Below are positions 23,701 through 36,430 of a DNA stretch of 49,329 bases, piece by piece. Below the pieces are notes generated by a model. The model saw nothing but the letters and a program-made list of their open reading frames with translations. It did no database searches and was not told the DNA's origin. Source of the stretch: Octopus bimaculoides (taxonomy: Eukaryota); contig NC_068985.1 of the NCBI RefSeq assembly GCF_001194135.2, forward strand, positions 10,845,092-10,894,420, written 5' to 3'. Made by a program: the position numbers and the translations under genes. Numbering within the stretch: position 1 is the first letter of the stretch; every line of letters begins with the position of its first letter.

Positions 23701-23909
23701 ATTTATTGACAACAGAAGGATGAAAAAATTAGGACCACGTGTGTACACGAATTCAGTAAACAGGGGACGGAGTACATACCGTAAGGTACTCTATCCGACG
23801 CAGCCTATAGTAAGCAATTATAAGATCCACCAATATATGTGGGTGTTTCTACCAACAGTTACGAGCTAATCACGGGTATAACTGTTGCGCCAATATTGTC
23901 ATATTTCAA

Positions 23910-23958
23910 GGCGGCGAGCTGGCGGAAACGTTAACACACCGGGCGACAATGCTTGCCG
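23910..23958 (+). mobile_element. SINE family B head-only fragment
   Basis: GGCGGCGAGCTGGCGGAAACGTTAACACACCGGGCGACAATGCTT. Confidence 0.75.
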
Positions 23959-25666
23959 TTGGTCCAATATCATAATATCAAACGAAAAGCTTGCCTTGTA
24001 CCACATGTTGTTGTCCTGGTACAAGGACAGTATCATGTATCCGCTTAGGCCATTGATCTGCTGGCACTAACTCTGAATTTGGAGGGCTGTATATTATTTA
24101 TTCCTTCCATTCCACCTGCAAGTGAGACGCGAACAAGCCCTTAACATTTAACACATGCGCTCACACACATATCTAAGGACGTATATATGTGTAAAATACT
24201 GGATGGTCTTCGACTTCCGCTCACACACATACACACATACACCACACACTCGCACACGTATATATATTTCTATATCAGTCAAAATCTATTTTACATGGCA
24301 ATATTAAGTTTCCAATTCCCCATTTGTAATTACTTTCATCAAGCAAGTTATTCTTGTTTTGTTTTCATAAATGCAACGGGCTTTATAAAGGAAATCCAAA
24401 TATAGACATTTCAATTTGTGACACATGGAACCGACTGCAATCAATATAATAAAGATGATGCGAGAATGTCATCTATAACTAAGATCAACTGCAGTAATAA
24501 TACCGAATTTTATTCATATATAGATTCATATATTGCATATATATTATTCGTGTCATATATTGCATAAATGAGATTTATACCATAATCTAAATCAAATAAT
24601 AAATCGAGGTGCAGAATTAATGTCATAACACCTTCCAAATATTGCTATTACCGTTTTATAGAAATCCAATTTTATCCTAGGATAATAATTCCAATGAAAA
24701 TTTATCTCGTTCGTTCTCTGCTCATTTCGGCGTATTTTAATGAATATAGTTATCTTGTCATATCTCACCATTAGTCGTCACGTTGCTCCAATTATTAAAA
24801 AATATAGTTTATTATAAATAGTTAACTTTTAGCTACAACGCATGATATGAGTTATAATGTATTGCAATTCCCTCTAAATCGAATCGCAAATGCTCTATCT
24901 CCGTTATTCAGCTGTTCGCATGCTGTTGTGGGTATTGTATGGCTACAAATGATAAGATTTTGCTCTCAATACCAAATAAACATATAAGACATTCAGATGG
25001 TCATCAAAGGAATACTTCTAGTACACACGTACCTCAGTGGTTCTTCGTTTGTCAATATGTATTTATAAATGAAATGCTGTTTTCGTGTTTTATTGTCAGA
25101 AAGTATTTTGTCCGTATTAGGAAAACCTCTCTGTTAGACTTAATGCATTTTATGAACAAAAAAAAAAAAGAAAAAAAAGAGAGAGAATTACAGTACGTAT
25201 ATTCCTGAAAAAACATTAAAATTATAATAGTATAATAAATTTTCAAATCACTACTAAGTGATACGTAAATTAATCTCTCAAAATTCCGAATCAAAAATAA
25301 ATTGGGGAATGTATGCATAATGCGAATACAATATGCAGAAAGTCTCAATGGTAAGTAAACTAGATGTTTTAATAACGTGTATATTTGAAAAAAGCAATGG
25401 CGAGATAGATCGTTAATATCCGGTAAGTGAACACCTGCACAAATAAATATTTATACAAATAAACTCGAAGAAATGTTATACTATAAACAAACCTGTCATG
25501 CAGCTCATACTTCATACAATAGGAGAGTTACTAATTTCCTACTGCGAAATGTCTCCTCACCTTACAACTACTGATATAAATATTAAAACGACCGATCACA
25601 GATGTTTCCTAAACAAAACAGACTCTCCAGTCTCCATCTTCACACACTACGGCTTATGATATATAG

Positions 25667-26082
25667 GGCGTAGGAGTGGCTGTGTGGTGAGTAGGTTGCT
25701 TACCAATCACATGGTTCCGGGTTCAGTCCCACTGCGTAGCACCTTGGGCAAGTGTCTTCTACTATAGCCTCGGGAAACCAAAGCCTTGTGAGTGGATTTG
25801 GGAGACAGAAACTGAAAGAAGCCCGTCGTATATATGTATATGTTTATATATATATGTGTGTGTGTGTATATGTTTGTGTGTCTGTGTTTGTCCTCCCAAC
25901 ATTGCTTGACAACCGATGCTGGTGTGTTTATGTCCCCGTCACTTAGTGGTTCGGCAATAGAGACTGATAGAGTAAGTACTAGGCTTACAAAGAATAAGTC
26001 CTCGGGTCGATTTGCTCGACTAAAGGCGGTGCTCCAGCATGGCCAGTCAAATGACTGAAACAAGTAAAAGTGTAAAAGAGTA
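25667..26082 (+). mobile_element. SINE family A, full length
   Basis: GGCGTAGGAGTGGCTGTGTGG head through the GGCGGTGCTCCAGCATGGCC..TGACTGAAAC tail. Confidence 0.93.
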
Positions 26083-26089
26083 AGTGTAC

Positions 26090-26139
<50 letters not shown>

Positions 26140-26188
26140 TGTATGTGTATATGTATATACATGTATATGAATACACACAGATACACAT

Positions 26189-27750
26189 CAAGGGGGTACC
26201 CAAAAGTAACCGGAAACGTTTTCAGTGGGAGAAGCCCGTTGTAGTTCGGGTTTTCCGCCGCTAGAAGCTACTTGATTTGATCTTCAGGCATCATTCTGCC
26301 GACCGGCGTTGTCTATTGGGGCCATACTGCGCTGAGGTGCGTCCAAGCTTTGCAGTGGTTCTCTTCTGCTTGTCGATGTTTGCGATCACTGAACGAAGGA
26401 GATTACAAGGCTGCTGTCATGAGCAAAAACACAAGTTCACGAGTGATTTCCAAGCCTTTGGAATGGTCACTTCACGCTTGAGGACCAACGTCGTTTAGGG
26501 CGATCGTCGACATCCCGAACGAACAAAAAATCATGAATATTCATGACCTGATCCTGGAAGACTGTCACCGAACAGTCCACGAACTTTTGATATGACTGCT
26601 ATGTCTTGGAGGTTCTCCCAACGAATTTTCAGAGAGGAATTGCGATTGAAAAGAGTCGGAGCAAACTTTTTTTCCATATTTGCTCACGGAAGATCGAAAC
26701 AATCACGACTGAATGCGTATCGTGAACCGAAAGAACAGTTGGAAGTTGATCCGGGTCTTTAAGTTGATCCGGGTCTTTAAGTTGATCTGGGTCTTTAAGT
26801 TGATCCGGGTCTTTAAGTTGATCCGGGTCTTTAAGTTGATCCGGGTCTTTAAGTTGATCNNNNNNNNNNNNNNNNNNNNNNNNNNNNNNNNNNNNNNNNN
26901 NNNNNNNNNNNNNNNNNNNNNNNNNNNNNNNNNNNNNNNNNNNNNNNNNNNNNNNNNNNNNNNNNNNNNNNNNNNNNNNNNNNNNNNNNNNNNNNNNNNN
27001 NNNNNNNNNNNNNNNNNNNNNNNNNNNNNNNNNNNNNNNNNNNNNNNNNNNNNNNNNNNNNNNNNNNNNNNNNNNNNNNNNNNNNNNNNNNNNNNNNNNN
27101 NNNNNNNNNNNNNNNNNNNNNNNNNNNNNNNNNNNNNNNNNNNNNNNNNNNNNNNNNNNNNNNNNNNNNNNNNNNNNNNNNNNNNNNNNNNNNNNNNNNN
27201 NNNNNNNNNNNNNNNNNNNNNNNNNNNNNNNNNNNNNNNNNNNNNNNNNNNNNNNNNNNNNNNNNNNNNNNNNNNNNNNNNNNNNNNNNNNNNNNNNNNN
27301 NNNNNNNNNNNNNNNNNNNNNNNNNNNNNNNNNNNNNNNNNNNNNNNNNNNNNNNNNNGGGTCTTTAAGTTGATCCGGGTCTTTAAGTTGATCCGGGTCT
27401 TTAAGTTGATCCGGGTCTTTAAGTTGATCTGGGTCTTTAAGTTGATCCGGGTCTTTAAGTTGATCCGGGTCTTTAAGTTGATCCGGGTCTTTAAGTTGAT
27501 CCGGGTCTTTTTCGAAGGTTATCACTGGTGATGAAAGTTAGTGTTATGGAAATTTTAGGTGCGGAAGAACTGAAGAAAAAAAACGAGGAGGTGTAAAGAG
27601 GCATCACTTCGCAAGTGTTCCAGGACTGATTCCAACTGTGGGAATCGCGCCTGCATTGAGGCATTGCTTGAAATCGAGAACAATTTGAAGACGTTAAAAG
27701 TGTAATCATGTAAAACTAAGTGAATAAATTTGTATATATTTTCAGTCCGC
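26189..27750 (+). mobile_element. Mariner element with left TIR and a dead, internally deleted transposase split by an 18-bp minisatellite
   Basis: Left end CAAGGGGGTACCCAAAAGTAACCGGAA. Across frameshifts: MSKTQVHE*F..GHFTLEDQRRLGRSSTSRT..IHDLILEDCHRTVHEL..RIFREELRLKRVGA..LLTEDR..SRLNAYREPKEQLEVDPGL [array] FSKVITGDES*CYG ... GITSQVFQD*FQLWESRLH*GIA*NREQFED. No clear right TIR. Confidence 0.92.
26743..27510. repeat. 18-bp tandem minisatellite (AAGTTGATCCGGGTCTTT)n
   Basis: 6.5 units lie left of a 499-N gap (26860-27358) and 8 units plus 8 nt lie right of it. C>T variant units start at 26779 and 27421. Confidence 0.97.
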
Positions 27751-27929
27751 ACACTCATCTTCAGTTGAATTTACCTCAGTTACTTCAAACGTTGATGACA
27801 GTATCTAAGTTGACATTTGATCTGCTAAAAATAATAACCAAATTTCCTTTGGATCATAAAGCACTGCATTCAAAGCTGATGAAATGTAAGTTTATATTTG
27901 AAAATATATCAGAGTTGAATAATGGTATG

Positions 27930-28002
<73 letters not shown>

Positions 28003-28003
<1 letters not shown>

Positions 28004-28409
28004 ACCCTTTTACTTGTTTCAGTCATTTGACTGGCCATGCTGTTGCACCGCCATTAGTCGAACAAATCGACCCCAGGACTTATTCTTTGGAAGCCTAGTA
28101 CTTATTCTATCAGTGTCTTTGGCCGAACCTCTAAGTTACGGGGACGTAAACACACCAGCATCGGTTGTCAAGCGATGTTGGGGGGGGGGACAAACACAAA
28201 CACATAAACATATACACACACATACATATATATACATATACATATATACGACGGGCTTCTTTCAGTTTCCGTCTGCCAAATCCACTCACAAGGCTTTGGT
28301 CGGCCCGAGGCTATAGTAGAAGACACTTGCCCAAGGTGCCACGCAGTGGGACTGAATCCAGAACCATGTGGCTGGTAAGCGAGCTACTTACCACAGAGCC
28401 ACTCCTACG
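28003..28409 (-). mobile_element. SINE family A, full length, next to a (TC)n tract
   Basis: Reverse complement of the family A head, internal tract and tail. Confidence 0.92.
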
Positions 28410-29431
28410 TATGAGGGTTAAAACTGGAACAATTTTGATCATAGCTCCATTTGCTTACAGTCGGAATAGAGATTAAACAACACTAAACATTCAAGCAAAC
28501 AACACAATCTTCCAATACGTTACTGCATCCAGCTGAAATACGTTCTCTTGTCTCTATTTTTTTACCACACTTATCCGCCTACACATGAACCATAAGGCAA
28601 CAGAATGTGCTAATATACATCACATCTAAAATAGCGTAACTAGTAGTATATTGCTGTTTTTGTTTGTGTTTCATATTTAAACATCATTTCAAAGTTCAAT
28701 TTAAAGAAATATATACGTAAAAATCACTTTAAACCCAAATGAAATAACTTCAGTTTACATTAATAGACATAAAGTTTAATTTTCTTCCTTATTTTTTTAT
28801 ATATATATATTTGCATGTAGTGTAAACTTAGTCTATGACCTGCACGATTTTCATGATTTGAAAAATGATTAAAGATAAAAAAAAAAAATATATATATATA
28901 TATAATGAGTAGGATTTGCGGAAATTATTATTTTTTTTATACAAAAACTGTTAGTCTATAAAAAATATGCGTGATGTGCATGTAGATATACGATATACTT
29001 TATACAGATAATAACTTGCTCACGCATATAAATTCATAAACACACAAGTACACATGCAAAAGCACACACGAACACATTTATATATGTATATGTACATATT
29101 AATTAGTCTTGCGTATACTACGTTTTCTTGCATAAAATTCAGTCTTTTATTAATTTAATATTATCAGCCTTAAAATAAAGATTTAAAAAATAGGTTCAGT
29201 AAAACAATACAAAAATAATCAATGATAAAGTTTTACTTTTATATTATAAATACGTCCCAAATTTTTCTTTCGAATTTTGAAATTTCTCCCTGTGTAAAGT
29301 TCGTAAATTCTAAGCAAGATGGCTGCAGATCGTATCACTAAAGATGTGGAACGTTGAGGGTATTTACTGCCTTTTATGGTATAACTGAATGCTTCGTATA
29401 CGCATGTATTTTATTTTTATTTTTATTATTT

Positions 29432-29612
29432 ATGCGCCCTTTTCAGGCCTAGCCAAGCTCATGGGCCCGGTTTCCCGGTTTCTATGGCGTATGTGCTCCC
29501 CCAGCTGAACGGGACCCCAGTCCACTGCAGCGTTACTCAAGAAGCAGGAAGAAAGAGTGAGAGAAAGTTGGGGCGAAAGAGTACATCAGGGGTCGCCACC
29601 ACCCCTGCCGGG
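29432..29612 (-). mobile_element. 3' part of a family C-related SINE with an alternative tail
   Basis: Shares AAGAGTGAGAGAAAGTTG..AGAGTACA..G..TCGCC with 34660-34715 but ends in GGGCCCGGTTTCCCGGTTT..CCTAG. A tail remnant is also present at about 19520-19570. Confidence 0.7.
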
Positions 29613-29791
29613 AAAAAAAAATAGATTCAAATTACAATTTTATTTAGTTCGGTGATGATTTTCAGATTTTTGTCAACTCCATCTTCAAATCTAGCATATT
29701 ATATCCAGGAGTACATAACTGAAATATACTTATCGATTTATAAGACGTGAGGTGAAATTTGATGAATATTTGACTGCTAACAAAGTATAAA

Positions 29792-30005
29792 GAGGAGAGC
29801 TGGCAGAATGGTTAACACGCTAGAAAAAATGCTTAGCGTGATTTTGGTCGTCTTCACATTCCGAGTTCAAATTTCGCCGATGTCGAATTTACCTTTCATC
29901 ATTTCAGGCTCAATAAAATAAGTACCAGTTGAAAACTGGGGTCGATGTAATCGACTTATCGCCCCCACGCCAATATTACTGGCCCTGTGCCAAAATTTGA
30001 AATCA
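29792..30005 (+). mobile_element. SINE family B, diverged full-length copy
   Basis: GAGCTGGCAGAATGGTTAACACGC..GAGTTCAAATT..CTGGGGTCGATGTAATCGACT..GTGCCAAAATTTGAAA. Confidence 0.85.
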
Positions 30006-30859
30006 GTATTAAGATAGTTTCCTATTTTCCTCCGTTTGTTTTCATTGTTTGAAGTAGAAAGAAGGACGCCACTTCTTTGATCTATATGTCATGGATTCTC
30101 GTCATGAAAGGTAAAAGACAATCCATGACTCATACCATAGTTTTTCACTTTAATACAAAGTCCGGAATCGCTAGAAGAATGCCAGTCCCCGAGAACATGA
30201 AGCGAATTAAACGTACCACTTGTCAACGCATACAGCCCCTTTGATGGTTTCCAACACAAGTAGCAACTACCTCGTTTATAGGCAATGGGTCTATGATTGA
30301 TAATACTTTCTCATGATTCCGAAGAGTAGAGTCGAACTCAAAATAAAGTGACTGTGAAAAAATTTCATTTCTTCACATGCTGTAATTCAAATGTCTTCTT
30401 CCGGCAGACATTGCTCAATTAACAAATCCTTGTTTCCTAACTACATGATCCCAGGTTAAATCGATCGTTAACGATTCTATAATATATCGTCCTCCCGTAT
30501 AATTCTGCGAGAGGTTACGTCATTACATTGCAGATTGTGCTTGATAGATAACAAATTCCTCTTTATCTGTTTTATATTATATAACGTCCAATACCAATCA
30601 TGATAAAATCTAATGTGTTTAGTTTCATTTCTTCATCTCATTTCCTTATTTGTAACTAATATATGAAGACTCTATATAACTGTATTATGGTACATGGTTA
30701 ATTTGTTTAGATATCGCTAACTCCGAAGCAAAATGGAAACATTATTTCAGAAGAAGTTTGTAAATTGATCAATAGCTTCTATACTAAAATTGCCCACTTT
30801 TATGAAATATTGTTTATGAATCTCTCTCGCTCTCCTTACCTACCACTCAATCTATCTCT

Positions 30860-30866
30860 ATCCATC

Positions 30867-30899
<33 letters not shown>

Positions 30900-31064
30900 G
30901 TCTGTCCGTCCGTCCGTCCGTCTGTCCGTCCGTCCGTCCGTCTGTCCGTCCGTCCGTCCGTCTGTCCGTCCGTCCGTCCGTCAGTGCGTCCGTCCATCTC
31001 TGTCTCTTTATCTATCTGCTTCTTTGTGTGTGTCAGTGTGTGTGTGCACATGATATACACACAC

Positions 31065-31131
<67 letters not shown>

Positions 31132-31170
31132 TAGATAGATAAGTAGAGAGAGAGAGAGAGAGAGAGAGTG
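30860..31170. repeat. Graded compound microsatellite (CCAT, CCGT/CTGT, CA, TA, GATA, GA)
   Basis: Direct reading. Confidence 0.93.
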
Positions 31171-31494
31171 TGTGTTCGTGTGTGTTAAAGACAAAAATAG
31201 AAGGACAGAAAAAACTGAGGCATACGAACATGATACTTAGTTGGAAAAAAAAAAGAATCATTTTTCACTGGGGTACACAAGCATATAATTTGGTGGCAAT
31301 AAGATGGATTAATTTTTTCTTTGATAGATTTCGTTCAGTTTCAAAGAAGAGGGTGAAATTCTTCGATTCTTAAAAACGAAATACTCATTGCATAATAGAG
31401 TATATACGAGAGTTGATAATTCTGTAACCAACTATACACTGAAAGTAATCTAATGTAAACTAAGTGAAGAACTCCCTGTATCACGAGTGTCTAG

Positions 31495-31620
31495 TATTGG
31501 TTTCAAATCGGGGTGTTAGTCGATTACATTGACCCCAGCACTAAACTGATAATTATTTTATCAACCCTGAAATAATGAAAGACAAAGTCCACCTCCACGG
31601 GATTTCATCTCAGAACGAAA
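31495..31620 (-). mobile_element. SINE family B fragment
   Basis: Reverse complement of the core: ..GAGGTGGACTTTGTCTTTCATTATTTCAGGGTTGATAAAAT..CTGGGGTCAATGTAATCGACT. Confidence 0.75.
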
Positions 31621-31879
31621 AGAGGAGAGAAAAAATGTCGATCATTAAGACGAAAATAGAGAAATTGAGACATCGGATTATTTAAGTAGATATTTTAAAT
31701 ACCTATATGTATCAAGGCAAAACTGATATATTTAGTTTTCACTGAACACTGGTATTGACCGAAGATATAGGATGCTAGCATCCCTTAAATGATTATAGGT
31801 CCTTGATAAAATTATCTATCTATCTCTCTCTCTATCTATCTATCTAATGTATATTTACGGACATTACAAAAAAAAAAAA

Positions 31880-32025
31880 AAAGGGACGAAGACGGGTGTC
31901 AACAACAAACAGATATATTAGTTTAACGCTCGGGAAGTGAGAAAGTCTTTTACGTTTCGAGCCTACGCTCTTCAACAGAAAGGAACACAGAAATAAACAG
32001 GGGGAGAAAATAGAAAGGTTTAGTG
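31880..32025 (-). mobile_element. Penelope-type terminal repeat with the best-preserved CTGTTGA hammerhead-like motif, copy 3
   Basis: Reverse complement of 31982-31947: CTTT-CTGTTGA-A-GAGC-GTAG-GCTC-GAAAC-GTA-AAAG, with stems I and II intact. Confidence 0.7.
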
Positions 32026-32139
32026 GATAGCGATGAATTATGGCGAATGTATATATATATAATGTATGTATGTATGTATGTATGTATGCATGTAGCTATC
32101 TATCTATTTATCTATTTGTCTAATTATGTATCTGTCTGC

Positions 32140-32228
<89 letters not shown>

Positions 32229-33059
32229 TATGTAAATACCTGTATTACCTTCTCTCCTATATATCAGCATATTTATCTAGTAGAAGTAGAGTAATGGTCT
32301 CCATCTTCACTATTTGTATTGAAAGCACTTCAACTTGCATTACATTTGTATATCTAATAATTAAAAGAACATAATATCTAATCCATCATTATCGCATGAA
32401 TGAAGCTGTACATGCAGAAATGCTAATCCTTCCCACTCTGTTTCCCATGTAATAACAGTCTGAACGTGTTTAGATAATAATACCAGTTTGTTCGAATAAA
32501 TGTAACGCCAAAGTGTAAAAGTTGCGTAACAAGTTTTATGCAGAAATTCGAAGAATGATATTTAATTCTTGTTTCGTTTTTCGAGTATGCAGAAGAGTTG
32601 AACGGGATATTTTGCCAAAAAAGTAAAACTAAATATGGCTCGTAAGGAGAAACAGCAATTATTTTATTATTGGAATGTTGTGAGACGAGCAGCCGTTTTA
32701 AAACAACAAACGCTTGAAATAAGAAATAATTTATTTACAACTTTAAAAGGTCTCATTTTAAATAACTTATTCGAATAGATCTATGAATCATATAAGTGTT
32801 AAGTGAGAAACATTCAATAAAAATCGCCAATGCTTGTTGTGGTGAGAGTCATTGACACCTCTGGGAGGATTGGAAGAATGAACTAGCCGAAGTGTTATGA
32901 AGAGTAGTGGACGGTAGTAGCCAAGGAGAGCATTTTGGTCGTCTTTGTCAAATCACTTGTGATTCAGTTGCTTTGTAACTTGTTTTTTTATGTTTTGTGG
33001 AGGGTTTTCTCGTGCGAGACTACCCATTGTCGAAACTACTGTTGAAAGTGTTATATATA

Positions 33060-34540
33060 GCCTGTTTTGCAGTTTTGTTTGTTGTGTCTTTTCTCCCCCC
33101 CCCCCCCATCCCCATCATGGTGTGAAAATAGGTTTCCATCTCGGTATAAAGGTGGATACCACACTAAGCTATACGGCAGGAACGGGGAGAAATGTTGCTG
33201 CCTCGTTAGAGGTGAAGACACTACAGATTAACCAGGAGATGCTGGATGCAAGTCAACAGTTCATCCAGAAAGAGGGTGGCGTTGAAAGTGGTCCCTCTTG
33301 AAGAAAGTGTAGAACAGAAGAGGAAAAAAACCCATGGTCAACTGGACACAATCGGTCACATCATGGAGGACAGAAGTGGTGAATGAGAGAGAGACATAGA
33401 GAATTGCTTGCTGCCGGCAATGGAGGAGGCAACCTTCATTAACAGAAGAAAGAAGTTCGGCACGGTAAATGTGCATTTCACCACCGAAGATGAGGCAGTG
33501 AGGCACTCCACGACAGTTTTAAGGTCAGCAGACTTGAAACTTCGGCCTACCTACACGGGTAGAAGAAACGCGGGAATAAGGATCGGAAGGATGCCACAAG
33601 AAAAAAAGTAGTGCAGTTGGTGGCAGCCATTATGGCTGCCACCCAGGAAGATGAAAATCTAATACATGTAGGAAGAACACAACAGGTGAAATGTGGGGAT
33701 ATGATCTGGAAATCTTGATCCAGCCACCCACCATGGCATCGAAGAATTGCGTTCGAGATTAACATTCCGGAGGAAAATACGCTTAAAATAGTAGTGGAGA
33801 GAAGGAGAGGAGACCCAACTGCTACCTATGTGGATGCAGAGGACACATAAAGATCCACTGCTCCGACTACAAGCCAACCCAGACCGCAAGGAATGCGGTG
33901 GATATCCAGACTGAGAAGACGACGAAGCCCCAGACCGAGAAGACTACGGCGGAGCCCCAGGACGAGAAGACTCCAGCAGAACTCCGGAGTGTTAGTGAAG
34001 ATGCAACGGAGAAGGTGCAAGAGCCAGTGGTTGGAAGTAGTGACGAAAGTATCTACAATGTCAAAGCTATAAGAAGGCAGAGGGAGAAAAAAAGGAGCCC
34101 TAAGTAATGAAACAAACAAGGTAAAAAAAGAACACCCACAAAAAATAAACACGAAAACCCATTCATGAATATATTGCCCCCGTCCACACCATAGACAACA
34201 ACACATACCAGACAGTCCGGCCTCGTCGGACGGGTACACAAAGACACACACATAAGCAGGAAAACACACGCACACAGCTAAACCACTCAGATACCCCCAA
34301 AAATCAAACAAACTGCATAAACAGCATTTTATAACTAAAGCGTGAACATAGAAAAATGTTAACGAAATGGAAGAATACAACAAGGGTAAAACTGCCTGCA
34401 GGGGATTGTCCACCCACCCCAACAAAAACTGTGTCCTGCTGGACTTGCAAAAATATAAAAAGATAAAAAAAGACATTCGGGCCTGATGTGGATCCCATAA
34501 GGCCGGAGTTGGCGTTTAATACCCTGCCTCCTGTCATTGA
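33060..34540 (+). mobile_element. L1/Tx1-type retroelement remnant: decayed gag-like ORF1 (RRM-like region and CCHC knuckle), no ORF2 seen
   Basis: KFGTVNVHFTTEDEAVRH..LRPTYTGRRNAGIRIGRMPQE, then frameshifted WGYDLEILIQ and RPNCYLCGCRGHIRST(C), where the last Cys needs a 1-nt correction. An acidic T/E/K-rich tail ends ..RRQREKKRSPK* at 34107. Confidence 0.7.
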
Positions 34541-34840
34541 AATTAACGTACAAGTGACTGAGCACGTGTACCCTTAACGTAGTTCTCGGAGAGATTCAGT
34601 GTGACACAGAGTGTGACAAGGCTGGCCCTTTGAATTCCAGGCACAACAGAAACAGGGAGTAAGAGTGAGAGAAAGTTGTGGTGAAGAGTACAGCAGGATT
34701 CGCCCCCCCCCTGCCAGAGCCTCGGGGAGCTTTAAGTGTTTTCGCTCAATAAACACTGACAACGTCCGGTCTGGGAATCGAAACCGCGATCCTATGATCG
34801 CAAGTCCGCTGCCCTAACCACTGGTCCACTGCACCTCCAC
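34540..34840 (-). mobile_element. tRNA(Arg-like)-derived SINE family C, full length
   Basis: Reverse-complement head GTGGAGGTGCAGTGGACCAGTGGTTAGGGCAGCGGACTTGCGATCATAGGATCGCGGTTTCGATTCCCAGACC with A and B boxes. The tRNA identity is my judgement by eye. Confidence 0.85.
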
Positions 34841-35507
34841 TGTATTAAAATGTAACTGCTCGAGTACGGGGCTCAAGTAGCTATTGCATCCCTACATCCT
34901 TATATCATCATCTCATCAATTTATTCGTTTTATTTTTTCCCCGCTGCATGTTTTGTCTGTCCTTGTATTGTCACCTCTGTGATGGGCCCCTTGTAGCAAA
35001 ATAAAGAAATACAGAAATTGAGTGTTTTGGTAGTCTCGTGAAATACGTCTTGTGAACACATTGATTAAACCTCCGCTATGTAATTTATCTATTCCAACCT
35101 GTGGCAGGATAGAAAGATGCTAAAGTTTTTGAAGCACTAAGAACAGATTACACAAGCAGATCTTAAAACAGTAGACTTACTCTAGGTGTTAATGGTTTCT
35201 GACCCAGTATTATAGAATGGCAATACACGAAATAAAATCGAGCAATATCTTTTAATTACTTAATTATCATGTAATTCATCTTAGATTATTTCTTAATTTG
35301 ATTATGACATTAATAACACACTATTAGTAATTTTTGCCCTAAGGCCTCTTTTTGGTTATCTTCGAAAATTTACCCGTTAACTAGCAGGAATTTTATATTA
35401 TAACTATTAAAAGAATGATACCCAACGGTATGAGTACTAATATGCAGAGGAAAATACACTACGTTTAAGAATAGTTATACTAGGTGGATCATGTACAGTT
35501 GACGTAC

Positions 35508-35549
35508 AGTTGATGTGCTGTACATTGGATCATGTACAGCACATCAACT
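35508..35549. repeat. Perfect 18-bp inverted repeat with a 6-nt loop
   Basis: AGTTGATGTGCTGTACAT-TGGATC-ATGTACAGCACATCAACT. Confidence 0.97.
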
Positions 35550-35575
35550 AGTGCATGACCAGATATATATGTGCA

Positions 35576-35606
<31 letters not shown>

Positions 35607-35639
35607 GGTTGAAAGGAAAACACGAGTAGATATATATAT

Positions 35640-36430
35640 GGAAAAAAAGTCAAAGTAAAAAAAATGCTAAAATACTTTTATAAAAAACATTTCAGTACCG
35701 GTTTCGATCCTTGAGATCTTTTCAACAGTGAATATGGATAACAAATTTTGGAAAAATAAAATTTTGGCTAATTTAAATGTAAAGTCTTTTTAAAATCATA
35801 TTTGTATAGTATTCAAGTACCAGGGGCATTTTTCTTGTTTCTGTCTGTCTCTGTTTCACTTGTTAACTCTTGTGGGTTCGAGGTCGTTGTGAATTCTTGG
35901 CGAAGAAGAAGAAGAAGAAGAAGAAGTGGGAGTGCTTTGATAGTAGCAGAGTCTTAATTGGTTAAGTGTCCTGAAAATGACCTGTTGTTGACGGTAGCAG
36001 TGATCTGAATTCTTGAGAATTCTCTTTTAAATGTATTGTTTATAATGTTTGCGTAGGTGTTATTCTAAACAGCAGTAGTAGTAATAATAAGGTAAGGGAG
36101 GAGGTGGTGGAAAGGAAGAAGAATACTACGGAGAAGATGAGGGATGGGGAGAAGAAGAGAAATAGTAATAATAGAAAGCAGGATAGTGTGATAGTAACTA
36201 GTCGAGTGAGCAGTGATTGGGGTCTACCGCATTTTTTTACTGACGGCTTCAGTGTTTTTTGTTGAGCGTATTCGAGCTTGTGTTAGGAGACTTTTCATAG
36301 ATTTGGGCTGTCTCTTGCTTTTTATAATGGTGTGTGCTTGGAGGATTAAATTCATTCTGTGGTCCTTTTTTAGCAGGAGAATGTTTTGAAAGATAGTGTC
36401 GAAGGCTTCGTTGTTAAGAAGGTTACAACG
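35640..36430 (-). mobile_element. Penelope-like element remnant (RT-to-GIY-YIG linker plus downstream terminal sequence with an HHR-like motif)
   Basis: Reverse complement of about 36210-36420 reads NEAFDTIFQNILLLKKDHRMNLILQAHTIIKSKRQPKSMKSLLTQARIRS..KKCGRP, the PLE RQPKNLKxLL..KCGR pattern. A CTGTTGA..GATC-TCAAG-GATC-GAAACCGGT motif lies at 35728-35697. The extent between these two parts is inferred. Confidence 0.65.

Noticed and set aside
26629-27531. 298-aa (LKDPDQ)n and 272-aa (KLIRVF)n ORFs as repeat proteins, or the array as a CRISPR
   Set aside because: The unit derives from mariner codons, most of each ORF is N, and the repeats are contiguous with no spacers.
34480-34512. CTGATGTGGATCCCATAAGGCCGGAG as a hammerhead
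   Set aside because: A9 and GAAA are both altered and stem II does not pair; only a simple GGCCT/AGGCC hairpin is supported.
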